Positions 18,762 through 28,704 of a stretch of DNA of 64,000 bases are shown here, piece by piece; position 1 is the stretch's first letter, and each line of letters starts with the position of its first letter. Source of the DNA: Polyangiaceae bacterium. GTDB taxonomy: Bacteria; Myxococcota_A; Polyangia; Polyangiales; Polyangiaceae. The notes below the pieces were generated by a model. The model did no database searches. It saw only the letters and a program-made list of their open reading frames with translations, and was not told the origin of the DNA. The stretch is from assembly GCA_965222375.1 (NCBI GenBank), contig CBDCTZ010000016.1, positions 3,296,001-3,360,000 on the forward strand, written 5' to 3'. Both the position numbers and the translations under genes were made by a program.

Positions 18762-20835
18762 GCTCACGCTCCCCCTCAACGACGGTCTCGATGGTCGAAA
18801 GGACTTCTTCGATGATGGCGGCTGGGTCCAAGACCAATCCGACCCTTTGGTCTCCCAGCTCGGTCGCGCCGGCGAAGCCCTTCACTTCGCGCAAGCTGGC
18901 TCCCAGGGGCTTGATGACGATGTCCTGTTGACCAACGAGATTGTCGACCACAAGGCCGAGGCGACGGTTCGCCAGGCGAGTCACCACCACGAATTGTCGG
19001 CCGGGGGCTTCGCTCGGACTGCGAAGCGCCAGCAGAGCCTCCAACCTGCAGACCGGCAAGGTCGTACCTCTGAGGCTCATTGTTTCGCGGCCATCCACGG
19101 TTCGGAGCCCTTCGGCTTCGAAGGCGATCGCTTCCGAAACGCTCGCCATGGGCACGGCAAACGTCTGCCCGGCCACCTCGACGATGAGCGCGCCGACGAT
19201 CGCCAAGGTGATCGGCAGAGTGATTGTCATCTTCGTGCCAATACCCGCCTCGCTCTGCACGTCGATCACACCGCCGAGCTTCGCTAGGTTTGTCTTGACC
19301 ACATCCATTCCAACGCCTCGACCGCTCAAGTCTCCGGCTTCGGCGCGAGTGGTCAGTCCCGGGAGGAAGATCAAGCCGAGGATATCGCTGCGGCTGAGTT
19401 CGGTCACGTCCGTTGCGCCCAGCTTGCCCAGCTCCAAGGCCCGCTCGATGAGCGCGTTCGCGTCGATACCGGCGCCGTCATCCTCAATCTCGATCATTAC
19501 GTGGTTGCCCTTTTGGTAGGCATTCAACGCGATCGTGCCTGCTGTGGGTTTGCCGACGCGAGTTCGCTCTTCCGCTGGCTCGATGCCGTGGTCGATGGCA
19601 TTGCGGATCATATGCATCAGTGGATCCGAAAGCTCCTCCACGATGAGTTTGTCGATTTCCGTATCGGCGCCGGTGATGACCAGGCGGATTTCTTTGTCGA
19701 GTTCGCGACTTATTTGGCGAACCACCCGAGCGAGCCGGTCGAATACCTGGCCAAGTGGCACCATGCGTACTTCGAGAATGGCGCTTTGCATCTCGCTGAG
19801 TCGGCGCTCGAAACTCCGATGCAGACGTTGTAGAGACGTGGCCAGAGGGCGATTGCCATCCGCGCGGACCCGCTCGAACACGCGGCCCAGGGCGCCGCGT
19901 ACGATCGCCAGTTCACCGACGATGTTCATCAGCTGATCAAGCTTGCGGATGTCCACCCGCACGGTCTGGGCCACTGATCGCAGTGACGCCTGGGGGTCTT
20001 GTTGCGGGGGCTCGAAGGATTCGATGCCTCCGGGAGGAGGGAGACTGATCCGGGCGGGCGCCTGAGAAAAAGGCGGGGGAAGGGTCGCACTCCGGCGGCG
20101 CGGCACCTCCTCGATGACCACGTTGTCGGCGCCTAGGGAACCTATCAGGGTCGCTAGGTCATCTCGAGATGCCATCAGCAGATCGAGCTCGATGGTGTCC
20201 GGGGACGGTGCCTCGCCGGTGGGCAGGTAGGTGATGATCTCGCCGTGCTTCTTGGCGCGATCCTTCATGTCCTCCAGAGCCTTGTCGATGGTCGCGAGGT
20301 CGAATTGCACGCGCAGACGGTACAGGGACAAGCCTTGCTCGATGTTGGTGCGCAGGCGGTGCTCTTCGTACTCGGTCAGAACTGCAAGAAGCCCGGGGTC
20401 GAATTCGTACTCCAGATCGGCAGGTTCCTCGGGTTGGGCGAAGGCGCCCAAGTTGTCGAGGCGCTCCAGCAGGCCGTCTACCGTGGCGAGGGGCTTGTCC
20501 AAGCCGGTCTTCTCGTTGCCCAGCAGTTGATGGTAGGCGTCGATGGATAGGAACAACATGTCCAGCACTTCTGCCGAGAGGGGCATGCGTCCCAGGCGGA
20601 GGTGGTCGAGAACGTCCTCCAGCTTGTGCGAAAGGGCGCCCATGCGAGCGGCGCCAAAAAGACCCGCGAGGCCCTTCAGAGTGTGAACAGCTCGGAAGGC
20701 CTCGTTCACCAATCCCGGGTCATCGCCACCGGCCTTGACGGCTGCGTCCAAGGCCAAGAGATTTCGGGACAGCCCTTCGATGATCTCCTGCACTTCGGAG
20801 TAGAACTCTTCGCGCGCCTTGTCGGAGTCAGCCAT
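18754..20835 (-). CDS. cheA: Chemotaxis histidine kinase CheA (Hpt, P2-like, dimerisation, HATPase, CheW domains; no receiver)
   Basis: FRAVHTLKG, HMIRNAIDHGIE, DDGAGID and SGRGVGMDVV. Confidence 0.97.
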   Translation of the reverse strand: MADSDKAREEFYSEVQEIIEGLSRNLLALDAAVKAGGDDPGLVNEAFRAVHTLKGLAGLFGAARMGALSHKLEDVLDHLRLGRMPLSAEVLDMLFLSIDAYHQLLGNEKTGLDKPLATVDGLLERLDNLGAFAQPEEPADLEYEFDPGLLAVLTEYEEHRLRTNIEQGLSLYRLRVQFDLATIDKALEDMKDRAKKHGEIITYLPTGEAPSPDTIELDLLMASRDDLATLIGSLGADNVVIEEVPRRRSATLPPPFSQAPARISLPPPGGIESFEPPQQDPQASLRSVAQTVRVDIRKLDQLMNIVGELAIVRGALGRVFERVRADGNRPLATSLQRLHRSFERRLSEMQSAILEVRMVPLGQVFDRLARVVRQISRELDKEIRLVITGADTEIDKLIVEELSDPLMHMIRNAIDHGIEPAEERTRVGKPTAGTIALNAYQKGNHVMIEIEDDGAGIDANALIERALELGKLGATDVTELSRSDILGLIFLPGLTTRAEAGDLSGRGVGMDVVKTNLAKLGGVIDVQSEAGIGTKMTITLPITLAIVGALIVEVAGQTFAVPMASVSEAIAFEAEGLRTVDGRETMSLRGTTLPVCRLEALLALRSPSEAPGRQFVVVTRLANRRLGLVVDNLVGQQDIVIKPLGASLREVKGFAGATELGDQRVGLVLDPAAIIEEVLSTIETVVEGEREHA

Positions 20836-21232
20836 CCGGCGGCACCTGCGGGACGGTCGCTAGGTGGCGCAACGCTTCTCCGCAAAGCGATTCTGCTGAG
20901 AACGGCTTTGCCAGATAAGCGTTGGCACCCAACCCCAAGCCACGTTCTCGGTCCCGATCCGATGACTGCGTGGATATCAAGAGCACCGGCGTACCCTTGT
21001 GTTGTTCGTTTTTGCGAATGAAAGACAGCAATTCGAGGCCATTGATGTCTGGCATGTTGATGTCGCTAATGACCAGCTGGTACGGCCCGCGGGGCAACAG
21101 GCGCAGCGCCTCGAAACCGCTCTCGGCTTCTACGATTTCTGCGTCCCGAAGGCGCGGGTCGGCGGAAAGAGCGCCTCGCACGAACGTGCGCATCGTCGCC
21201 GAGTCTTCCACGAGCAAGATCTTCGCGGCCAT
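20828..21232 (-). CDS. cheY: CheY-like single-domain response regulator
   Basis: LLVEDS, SDINMPDINGLEL and YLAKPF. First gene of the che cluster. Confidence 0.9.
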   Translation of the reverse strand: MAAKILLVEDSATMRTFVRGALSADPRLRDAEIVEAESGFEALRLLPRGPYQLVISDINMPDINGLELLSFIRKNEQHKGTPVLLISTQSSDRDRERGLGLGANAYLAKPFSAESLCGEALRHLATVPQVPPDG

Positions 21233-22065
21233 TAGGGTTTCTTGTCCTTGTTATCGGCTTTCACGACGCGCGCTGAAGGCTTCTCGTCGTACTGGGAAAC
21301 CAGCCAGGCGACCAGATCGGTCCAGAGCGCGGGATGCTCCGCCGCGAGGTGCCCTGCGGAGTGCCTCGAGCCGGGGTACTGTTTGACGGTGCCCTGTTTG
21401 GCCATCTTGGAGAGGGAGTCGACGGGCGCCAGGCTCACGTTGTCCCGCACCCCGCCCGAGATGAACGAGGGTAAATGACGTACTTCAGCGTAGGGCTCAT
21501 AGACGTCCAGGCCCTCGATGGCCGCACCCGGCGAAAGCAACGCCATGCCGGTCACTTTGGGCTGCGCCTTCGTGACGCGAGCCACGAGCGTTGCGCCGAA
21601 TGACGAGCCGACCAAGACGACTCGCGGCACTTTCTCTTGGGTCACTTCGACGACATGGGCAATCGCTGCCACGACATCCGCATCGAAGCGCGCGGCGTCC
21701 TTCTTGTCCTTTTCCGGCGGCTTGCTGTCCCCGTGCCCTCGCAGGTCGAAATTCAAGATCGTGAAGCGCTTGTCCGCGTTAGCCAGCTTGTCCGCAAGCG
21801 GTGCGAGTTCAAGGCGCTGCGCGTGCATGCGATGCACAAGCACGACGGCGGGTGCGGCGGGGCTCGCGAGGTATAGATCGCCGGAGAGGCTGGCGCCGTC
21901 TGCAGACTCGAAAGTCGTGGCTTTCTTGGGCGTTGCGGGCACGGCCGGTGGCTGGTCCAGCCTGGGTTTGGGTGGCGCCAACTTGGGCGATGGCGGTGAT
22001 TCGTCGCTCGAATCGCAGCCCAGGCAGAGGACCGCCACAATCCACCCGTGGACCCAAACGCGCAT
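21232..22065 (-). CDS. Alpha/beta hydrolase lipoprotein
   Basis: Lipobox LCLGC, FDLRGHGDS, GSSFG nucleophile elbow and a C-terminal His. Confidence 0.85.
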   Translation of the reverse strand: MRVWVHGWIVAVLCLGCDSSDESPPSPKLAPPKPRLDQPPAVPATPKKATTFESADGASLSGDLYLASPAAPAVVLVHRMHAQRLELAPLADKLANADKRFTILNFDLRGHGDSKPPEKDKKDAARFDADVVAAIAHVVEVTQEKVPRVVLVGSSFGATLVARVTKAQPKVTGMALLSPGAAIEGLDVYEPYAEVRHLPSFISGGVRDNVSLAPVDSLSKMAKQGTVKQYPGSRHSAGHLAAEHPALWTDLVAWLVSQYDEKPSARVVKADNKDKKP

Positions 22066-22151
22066 AGTCTCGGCGCCATCGTAGCAGCAGCGCAGAGCGC
22101 AGGGAACGCGGGTTTCCCGGGGCCGCCTGGCGCTAGCCCTGCCTCGCCGCC

Positions 22152-23429
22152 ATGGCCTCTGAGCCGATGAAACGGGCCAAAAACCTCCCTAGCGTCGAAC
22201 CCGCGCAAGTCGCTGCGCGCCTTGAATTCCCCGCACGGCTGCGAGCGGCTATGCTGGATATGATGGCCTCTGAACCGAAGCGGGCGTCGGAATTCCGCAC
22301 GTCCGGCGATACCAACCCGGGCCTTGGCCAGCACAAGGTGATCGAGGTCGAGGTGGCACCCACCCATGGGGGCAAGGAGAACGAGCTGGGCGCCGTTCTG
22401 GCAGCCAGCACCCGCGCCGGGGCCAGCCTGAGCGCGCTGTACCGGGCGATTCAGCAGGTGACAGATGGCGTCACCGACGCACGCCAAGCCAACGAGCACT
22501 TGACTCAAGAGCTTTCGCGGGTCCGAGAGATGCTCGGAGCCAGCAACGAGGAGCGGCTGGCGCTGAAGAACCAGGTAGCGATCTTGGAGCAGGAGCTCGA
22601 GCAACTGCGCGCTGCTTCCGTGTCGGAGCGAGAGTTCCTGATCTCGGAACAGGACAACTTCTTGGTCGGCCTGCTCGAGGAGCATGATCAGCAACTCGCG
22701 CGCCTCATTCGCGAACGTGAAACCGCGCAGTCCGAACTCGCCGAGGTGCTGCGAAGCTCTTCCCACACCCAGCCCGTCAGGAAGCCGGGCCGGGAGGCTC
22801 TGGAAGAGGAGGGCGCGGCGCAGCTACTCAATCGGATCGACAAGCTCACTCAGGAGCAAGAGGCGTCTCGGGGCACGCTCCGAAGACTGCAAGCGCAGCG
22901 CGATGGCGCCCACGAACAAATCAAGAAGCTGGAGCAGTCCCTTGCAGATGCGCGTCAAGAGGCGGCCACGCTCCGTGCTTCTGGAGTCACGGCACCTCCC
23001 GACGACCCACGTCGGACCCAGCCCGCGTGCCCCGAAACACCGAACGGTCGAGTGCCGATCAGCGCAGATGGAGAGAAACGGAGAAAGGAGGGAGTGGCCG
23101 AGCAGAGCGCGGGGCAGCCTGCCAAGAGCAGTGACAGGCCCACTCTCGATGCCGTCATGACCCAGCGCGCAACCGTACCGCCGGCTCCAAATGAGTTGGC
23201 GCAGGCGCTAGTCGAGTCCCGGCCATCACCGCCCCAGGGCACTCGGAAAGCAACTTCGCCGGAGGTCCCGCGCGCCGTTTCCGAACCGGAGCCGACTCGG
23301 ACACCATCCAAGCGCCCACCTCTCAAGCGTAAGCCCGATCCTGCTCAGCAGCCCCTGGGCGGCTATTCGGTCAGCGGTGAAGACGTAGAAGCCGAGACCG
23401 TGGTATCGAGCAAACCGCCCCGCACGTGA
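22152..23429 (+). CDS. Coiled-coil hypothetical protein with Pro-rich disordered C-terminus
   Basis: Long E/Q/L heptad region followed by a P-rich tail. Confidence 0.7.
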   Translation: MASEPMKRAKNLPSVEPAQVAARLEFPARLRAAMLDMMASEPKRASEFRTSGDTNPGLGQHKVIEVEVAPTHGGKENELGAVLAASTRAGASLSALYRAIQQVTDGVTDARQANEHLTQELSRVREMLGASNEERLALKNQVAILEQELEQLRAASVSEREFLISEQDNFLVGLLEEHDQQLARLIRERETAQSELAEVLRSSSHTQPVRKPGREALEEEGAAQLLNRIDKLTQEQEASRGTLRRLQAQRDGAHEQIKKLEQSLADARQEAATLRASGVTAPPDDPRRTQPACPETPNGRVPISADGEKRRKEGVAEQSAGQPAKSSDRPTLDAVMTQRATVPPAPNELAQALVESRPSPPQGTRKATSPEVPRAVSEPEPTRTPSKRPPLKRKPDPAQQPLGGYSVSGEDVEAETVVSSKPPRT

Positions 23430-24244
23430 ATGAAGCGACTCCGCTCACCAAGGCCGCCGTCCGTCGGCTGACCATTGCGACCTGTGTAGCGATCCCACTG
23501 GCCGTGGCGGGCATTGTCTGGCCGAAGTTGGGGCTTCCGTCCGCGCTGATCACCCTCATCACTCTCGCCAGCGGCGCGCTGCGAGCGCCACGGGTCAAGC
23601 CGTGGGCCATGATCGCTGGCGCGGTCACAGTCGTGGCGTTGATCCGATTCGTGGTTGCCGAGGCCGTTCCTGGGGTCGTGCAGGGTGGCAACATCGCGGC
23701 GAGCAACTCGGCGGTGTCTCGTTTGCGGCAGATCGTCTTCGCGCAAGACGTGATGCGGCAGCGGGCTTTCGTCGATCCGGATGGGGATCGCATCGGCTCG
23801 GCGGGTCTGCTTGGCGAACTGACGAGTTCCGTTCCGCTGCGCGGAATGCGTGCATTGCAGCCTCCGCTATTGGCCCGGGGCTTCGGGCCATTTCACGACA
23901 CCAAGATGGGGCCCGCCGCACAATCCGGGGCTTACCTATTCATGGTGTGTCTGCCCGCAAAGGCTGGGGGCTTTTTGGCACAGCCCGGCATGGCGGTGGA
24001 TGAAGAGTCCGCAGAGCGTCGCTTCCTGGCCTACGCCTGGCCCATGGGCAGCCGCGGCCCGAAGGAAATCTACGCGGTTGATCAGCATGAGCGAATCCTG
24101 GTCAGCCCCAACCAGCACGTGAAAGAGCTCAAGTTCGTTGGGCCGTTTCATGCGCCGAGTTGCGACGCTGCCGTCACGGACGAGAGCTTCTCTGCTTGGC
24201 GCGGCAAGGCGCCGCGCGCGACTTTGCCGGGCGATACGCCTTAG
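23426..24244 (+). CDS. Membrane protein with pilin-like/DUF2950-like periplasmic domain
   Basis: Three TM segments, then N.AVSRLRQI..AQ, GAYLF and FLAYAWP. Family assignment is tentative. Confidence 0.55.
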   Translation: MNEATPLTKAAVRRLTIATCVAIPLAVAGIVWPKLGLPSALITLITLASGALRAPRVKPWAMIAGAVTVVALIRFVVAEAVPGVVQGGNIAASNSAVSRLRQIVFAQDVMRQRAFVDPDGDRIGSAGLLGELTSSVPLRGMRALQPPLLARGFGPFHDTKMGPAAQSGAYLFMVCLPAKAGGFLAQPGMAVDEESAERRFLAYAWPMGSRGPKEIYAVDQHERILVSPNQHVKELKFVGPFHAPSCDAAVTDESFSAWRGKAPRATLPGDTP

Positions 24245-24282
24245 GGCGACTCGCAGCCCGCGCCTGTGCTATTCCAATCAGC

Positions 24283-24570
24283 ATGCCGGAGCGCGAAGAT
24301 GCGCTGAGCGAGACTCGCGACAAAGTCCTCGCGGAGGCCCCTGACGAGCCCCCCGTAGTTGCGCGAATGGTCGTGGAGATCCGCTCAGATGGTCGACGCA
24401 CAATCGCCCGAGGGGCAATGGAGGACGCCGCAACCGGCGAGCGCGTGGCAATCGAGGCCAATGGAACGACGCCTATGGCCCTGGCGGCATCCTTGGCGCG
24501 CACTATGCTCAGCGCACCTGCTCTGGCGAAGCACGCTGTCAAGGCGCTGCTGTCGTCGCGCAAGAAATGA
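24283..24570 (+). CDS. Small hypothetical protein
   Basis: MPEREDAL...VVARMVVEIRSDG. Its stop overlaps the next ATG (ATGA). Confidence 0.65.
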   Translation: MPEREDALSETRDKVLAEAPDEPPVVARMVVEIRSDGRRTIARGAMEDAATGERVAIEANGTTPMALAASLARTMLSAPALAKHAVKALLSSRKK

Positions 24571-25100
24571 AACGCGCGTCCGCTTCGGGGCAGCGTCCGC
24601 TACGGAGTCGATTGCCGAGCTATTTGGGGCAGATCGCTCTGGTGGTCGCAATCTACGTTGGCATCAGCGCTTGGCAGACGCGCACGCATCTCGACTCAGT
24701 CGCCGCACCCGAATTCGAGTTGCGGAGCTTGAGCGGAGCCACCGTGAAGCTCAGTGAGATGCGCAACAAATCCGTCGTCTTGCACTTCTGGGCTACCTGG
24801 TGCGGCGTGTGCAAGTTGGAAATCGGCAGCCTGAAATCCCTCGCCAAGTCCCTCGGTTCGGATCAGGTGCTGGTCAGCGTGGTTGCCGACGCTGACGACG
24901 AGGCACAGCTGCGCCGTTTCGTCCAAGAGCACGAGATCGACTACCCCGTTCTGCTGGCAGACGAGAAGATCTTGCGCCAATACCGCGTAACGGCGTTCCC
25001 AACGACCTACTTCCTCACGCCGGACGGAAGCATTGATTCCTCCACGGTGGGGCTGTCGAACCGATTCGCGTACCGGGCGCGCCTCAGCTTGGCTCGCTAG
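24567..25100 (+). CDS. TlpA/ResA-like thiol-disulfide oxidoreductase
   Basis: N-terminal TM, APEFEL, FWATWCGVC and FPTTYF. Confidence 0.9.
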   Translation: MKRASASGQRPLRSRLPSYLGQIALVVAIYVGISAWQTRTHLDSVAAPEFELRSLSGATVKLSEMRNKSVVLHFWATWCGVCKLEIGSLKSLAKSLGSDQVLVSVVADADDEAQLRRFVQEHEIDYPVLLADEKILRQYRVTAFPTTYFLTPDGSIDSSTVGLSNRFAYRARLSLAR

Positions 25101-25266
25101 CTTGAGCTGCGTGCGCTTCGACCGTGGTTTCCCCTTCTCCCACGGACCCCGGCCGCTCGGCAAGTTGGGTGCCGGTTCTTCGACGGCACCGACTGCACTT
25201 GCCGACTGGAGGGCACCAGCGCCCGCTACAACGCCGTCTCGCTCAGAACTTCGTGAATGATCCGGG

Positions 25267-26313
25267 CTAGCCCGCGAGAGCCGGTTTCTTCGCCACCACC
25301 AACTTGGATACAAAACAGGGCTTGACGCTCTGTACTTCGAAGCCTGCGTCGGCGAGTTGACTCCCGAGTTCATCCCTCAAGTACTCACGGTGGTACGGCT
25401 CGTGAAACTCCTCTGAGAAGCGCTCGAGAAAGAACGCGACAGATCCCGACTCGGCGTACTGCGCGGAGTCTTCAACGACTACGAGACCCCCGGGCTTGGT
25501 GACACGATACATCTCGGCAAGCACGTTTCTACGCGCGCGCTTTGGCAGCTCGTGGAATAGGAACACGCTCACACTGACGTCGAAGAAGTCGTCCCGGAAG
25601 GGCATGTTCTCGGCGTTGTCGGCGACCACTGAGGCATCCACGTTCACTGATGAGAGCATGCGGCGCGCCGCGCTCACGTAGTAGGGCGAGAGGTCCAGTC
25701 CGTAGAGCTTTGCGTCGGAGACGGTTTGAGCCAGCTGACGCAGGGTCCGCCCGGTCCCACACGCCACGTCCAGAATTCTGGGTCGCCCGGCCTCCGTGCG
25801 GGAGCGGACGTGCTCCACCACGGGCGGGATGACTTGGCGGCGCATGATGTCGGCGGTGCCGAGAAAGAGGAATTCCACGCCGACGTCATAGAGTTCGGCG
25901 GAATGCTGGCTGAAGTAGCCGTCGGTCTGCCAGTGGAAGTTCCTGCGGAAGTACGCGGGATAGTTTTCGAGCTTCGCGGACGAGGGCAGGTCTTTGAAGT
26001 TCTTGCTCTTCAGTCGGCGGATGGTCCGCGGGAAGTCTCGTACCAACTTGGGAAAGCGCTTCGCGTATTGCCGAACCGGAACCTGGAAGAGCAGCGCCCG
26101 GGGGTAGAGTCCGCGCTCGACGTTGTCCAGGTCTTGCTCCAGCAGTTCGTCGTAGCGCTGGCGCACCAGTTGCACGGCTTCTTCGTCAGGCTCGATGTGA
26201 AGCCCCGTGATGCTGCGAAGGACTCGATGTGCCGCCAGGCAGTTGAACAAGAAGGCCGTCTGCTGGGCGCGATACGCAGCGCGATACGCAGGCTGCGGGA
26301 GGATTCCAACCAT
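25267..26313 (-). CDS. Class I SAM-dependent methyltransferase
   Basis: ILDVACGTG, GLDLSPYY and FLFHELP. N-terminal YP.YFRRNFHWQTDGY motif. Confidence 0.9.
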   Translation of the reverse strand: MVGILPQPAYRAAYRAQQTAFLFNCLAAHRVLRSITGLHIEPDEEAVQLVRQRYDELLEQDLDNVERGLYPRALLFQVPVRQYAKRFPKLVRDFPRTIRRLKSKNFKDLPSSAKLENYPAYFRRNFHWQTDGYFSQHSAELYDVGVEFLFLGTADIMRRQVIPPVVEHVRSRTEAGRPRILDVACGTGRTLRQLAQTVSDAKLYGLDLSPYYVSAARRMLSSVNVDASVVADNAENMPFRDDFFDVSVSVFLFHELPKRARRNVLAEMYRVTKPGGLVVVEDSAQYAESGSVAFFLERFSEEFHEPYHREYLRDELGSQLADAGFEVQSVKPCFVSKLVVAKKPALAG

Positions 26314-26399
26314 GTCTAGATTCTAGCTGAAACCTGCAGCCGAGTCAGGCGCGGCCGCAATCTCACCTTCGCACGGCGAGGTTCGGATACTCTGCGCAC

Positions 26400-28124
26400 A
26401 TGGCCGAGCGCGACAAGCTGTCCGAACTCAACCTTGGATTCCGACACAACTACCTCGACTACGAGACGTTGTCTTCACAACTCCGGGCTTGGGTTGAGCG
26501 CTTCCCGAAATACGCCCGACTCGAGTCGCTGGGGACGACTCCGGAGGGGCGCGAGCTGTGGTTTCTTACCGTCGGTCCCGAACCGAAGCGTGAGCGCCCC
26601 GCGGTTTGGATTGATGGCAACATGCACGCTAGCGAATTGTGCGGTTCCAGTGTTGCCCTGGCCATCGCTGAAGACATGCTGCGCCTATTCGTTGATCAAA
26701 AAACGTCAACTGTGCCCGCGGCGCTCCGCCCCGCCCTTCAAGAGGTGCTTCTTCACGTACTGCCACGAATGTCGCCGGATGGGGCCGAAGCGGTGCTGCA
26801 AGCCGCCCGCTGGGTGCGCTCGGTTCCCCGGGATGAGCGCGCCCACGGTGGCACGGCCCAGTGGGTGGCTGAGGACTTGGACGGTGATGGGCGCGCCCTG
26901 CTCATGCGGGTCGAAGACGCCACCGGCGAATGGGTCGCGCACCCGGACGCTCCCGAGGCTCTAGTGCCCAGAAACCTCGAGGACCCGGGACCATTCTACA
27001 AGCTCTACCCGGAGGGAACGATTCGCAACTTCGACGGAACCACCGTCCCTTCGGCGCACTTTCTGTCCGACAACTTCCCGGATCTGAACCGAAACTTCCC
27101 TTGGTCATGGGCGCCCGAGCCGGAGCAGGTGGGTGCCGGAGCATTTCCCGGTAGCGAGGTGGAGTCCCAAGCGGTCATTCGAGCGGCGGTTGAGCGGCCG
27201 AACCTGTTCTTCTGGCTCAACTTCCACACTTTCGGTGGCGTGTTCATTCGCCCCCTGGGTCACGCGCCGGACAAGAAGCTCCCGGACTTCGACCGAGCGG
27301 TGTTCCGTCAAATCGGTTGCTGGTGCACGGAGCTGACTGGCTACGCCATGGTCAGCGGGTTCGAGGAGTTCACCTATGAAGAGGACAAGGCGCTGCATGG
27401 TGACTTGAGCGACTTCGCCTACCACCAGCGCGGGTGCATCTCATATGTCTGCGAGCTGTGGGACCTGTTTGCGCGCCTGGACATCCCACGCCCCAAGCGC
27501 TTCTGCGATTACTACACCTCCATGGGGCGAAAGGAGCTCGCGAAACTGACGAAGTGGGACCGTGAGCACAACGCAAGCCGGGTGTTCCAGCCCTGGAAGT
27601 CTGTCGACCATCCCCAGTTGGGCCCGGTAGAGGTGGGGGGCTACGATCCCCGAATTGGCGTGTGGAATCCCCCCACCAGTGCTCTGGCCGACATTTGTGA
27701 GACTCAATCCGTTGCCGCGCTTCGGGTGGCAGCACTTTCGCCACGAGTTCAACTTGGACTCACATCGGAGCGTCTAGCGCCGGGGCTGAGCCGCGTGCGC
27801 GCGATCGTCGAGAACGTCGGCTACCTGCCCACTTACGTGCTCGAGTCTGCGCGAGAACTACCGCATTCGGTGCCGCTGTTCGCCGAGATCCGAGGCATGG
27901 GAGGGGTGCGCGTCAGCGAGTCCACGCGCAGGGAGGTCGGCCATCTCGACGGCTGGGGGCGGGGAATTGGGAGCCGCGAAACGGCCTTCCACGTCCCGCG
28001 GAGCCGCGGCTCCACGGCGCGGCGGGTGATAGAATGGACCGTTTCCGGTTCCGGAACGGTGGAAGTGCAGATAGCCAGCCCGCGTACAGGAACATGTAGC
28101 GCGAAGCTCGAACTGACGGAATGA
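26400..28124 (+). CDS. M14 family zinc metallocarboxypeptidase
   Basis: HASE zinc motif, DLNRNFP and NFHTFGG. Confidence 0.9.
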   Translation: MAERDKLSELNLGFRHNYLDYETLSSQLRAWVERFPKYARLESLGTTPEGRELWFLTVGPEPKRERPAVWIDGNMHASELCGSSVALAIAEDMLRLFVDQKTSTVPAALRPALQEVLLHVLPRMSPDGAEAVLQAARWVRSVPRDERAHGGTAQWVAEDLDGDGRALLMRVEDATGEWVAHPDAPEALVPRNLEDPGPFYKLYPEGTIRNFDGTTVPSAHFLSDNFPDLNRNFPWSWAPEPEQVGAGAFPGSEVESQAVIRAAVERPNLFFWLNFHTFGGVFIRPLGHAPDKKLPDFDRAVFRQIGCWCTELTGYAMVSGFEEFTYEEDKALHGDLSDFAYHQRGCISYVCELWDLFARLDIPRPKRFCDYYTSMGRKELAKLTKWDREHNASRVFQPWKSVDHPQLGPVEVGGYDPRIGVWNPPTSALADICETQSVAALRVAALSPRVQLGLTSERLAPGLSRVRAIVENVGYLPTYVLESARELPHSVPLFAEIRGMGGVRVSESTRREVGHLDGWGRGIGSRETAFHVPRSRGSTARRVIEWTVSGSGTVEVQIASPRTGTCSAKLELTE

Positions 28125-28697
28125 CCTCGACGAAGCAGGATGGCGCCAAGATCGCCTTCATTGGAACCCATGGCGTGGGCAAGACGACGCTGTGCTACGG
28201 ACTCGCCGCACGGCTGAAGTCCAAAGACGTCGTGCTGGATGTCGTGCATGAAGTTGCTCGCCGCTGCCCGTTGCCAATCAACGAAACGACGAGTGTGGCT
28301 GCGCAGTCGTGGATCCTACACACACAAATTGCCGAGGAACTCGTCGCGGCGGCGCGGCACCCGGTAGTCGTATGCGACCGAAGCGCTCTGGACAACTACG
28401 TCTACCTACTGCTGGCTCAAGGCAACCAATCGGACTTGGACGTGCTCGTCGACTCTTGGATGCAGACCTACGATCTCTTGATATTCGTGCCGGTCGTTGG
28501 CCGCGCCGACTTCGGACGGCGTACGCGCGACCGACCCCGCCTTTCAGCTAGCTGTTCAAGAACGCTTGCGTGAAGAACTCAAAGCTCGCAAGCTCGAGGT
28601 CAAGGAACTGGTGGCTGAGCGGCGCGAAGCTTGGTTGGACGACAGCGCTGCGCTGGTTTGGCAACACTTGCAGCCGCCCCAGCTGAGCCTGCTCTGA
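28121..28697 (+). pseudogene. P-loop NTPase (AAA_28/NadR-Ttd14-like), split by a frameshift near 28499-28500
   Basis: GTHGVGKTT Walker A and CDRS..DNY motif. The family-like C-terminus (DGVR.TDPAFQ..V...L) is in another frame (28497-28697). Could be a sequencing error. Confidence 0.7.
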
Positions 28698-28704
28698 GTC
28701 GCAG

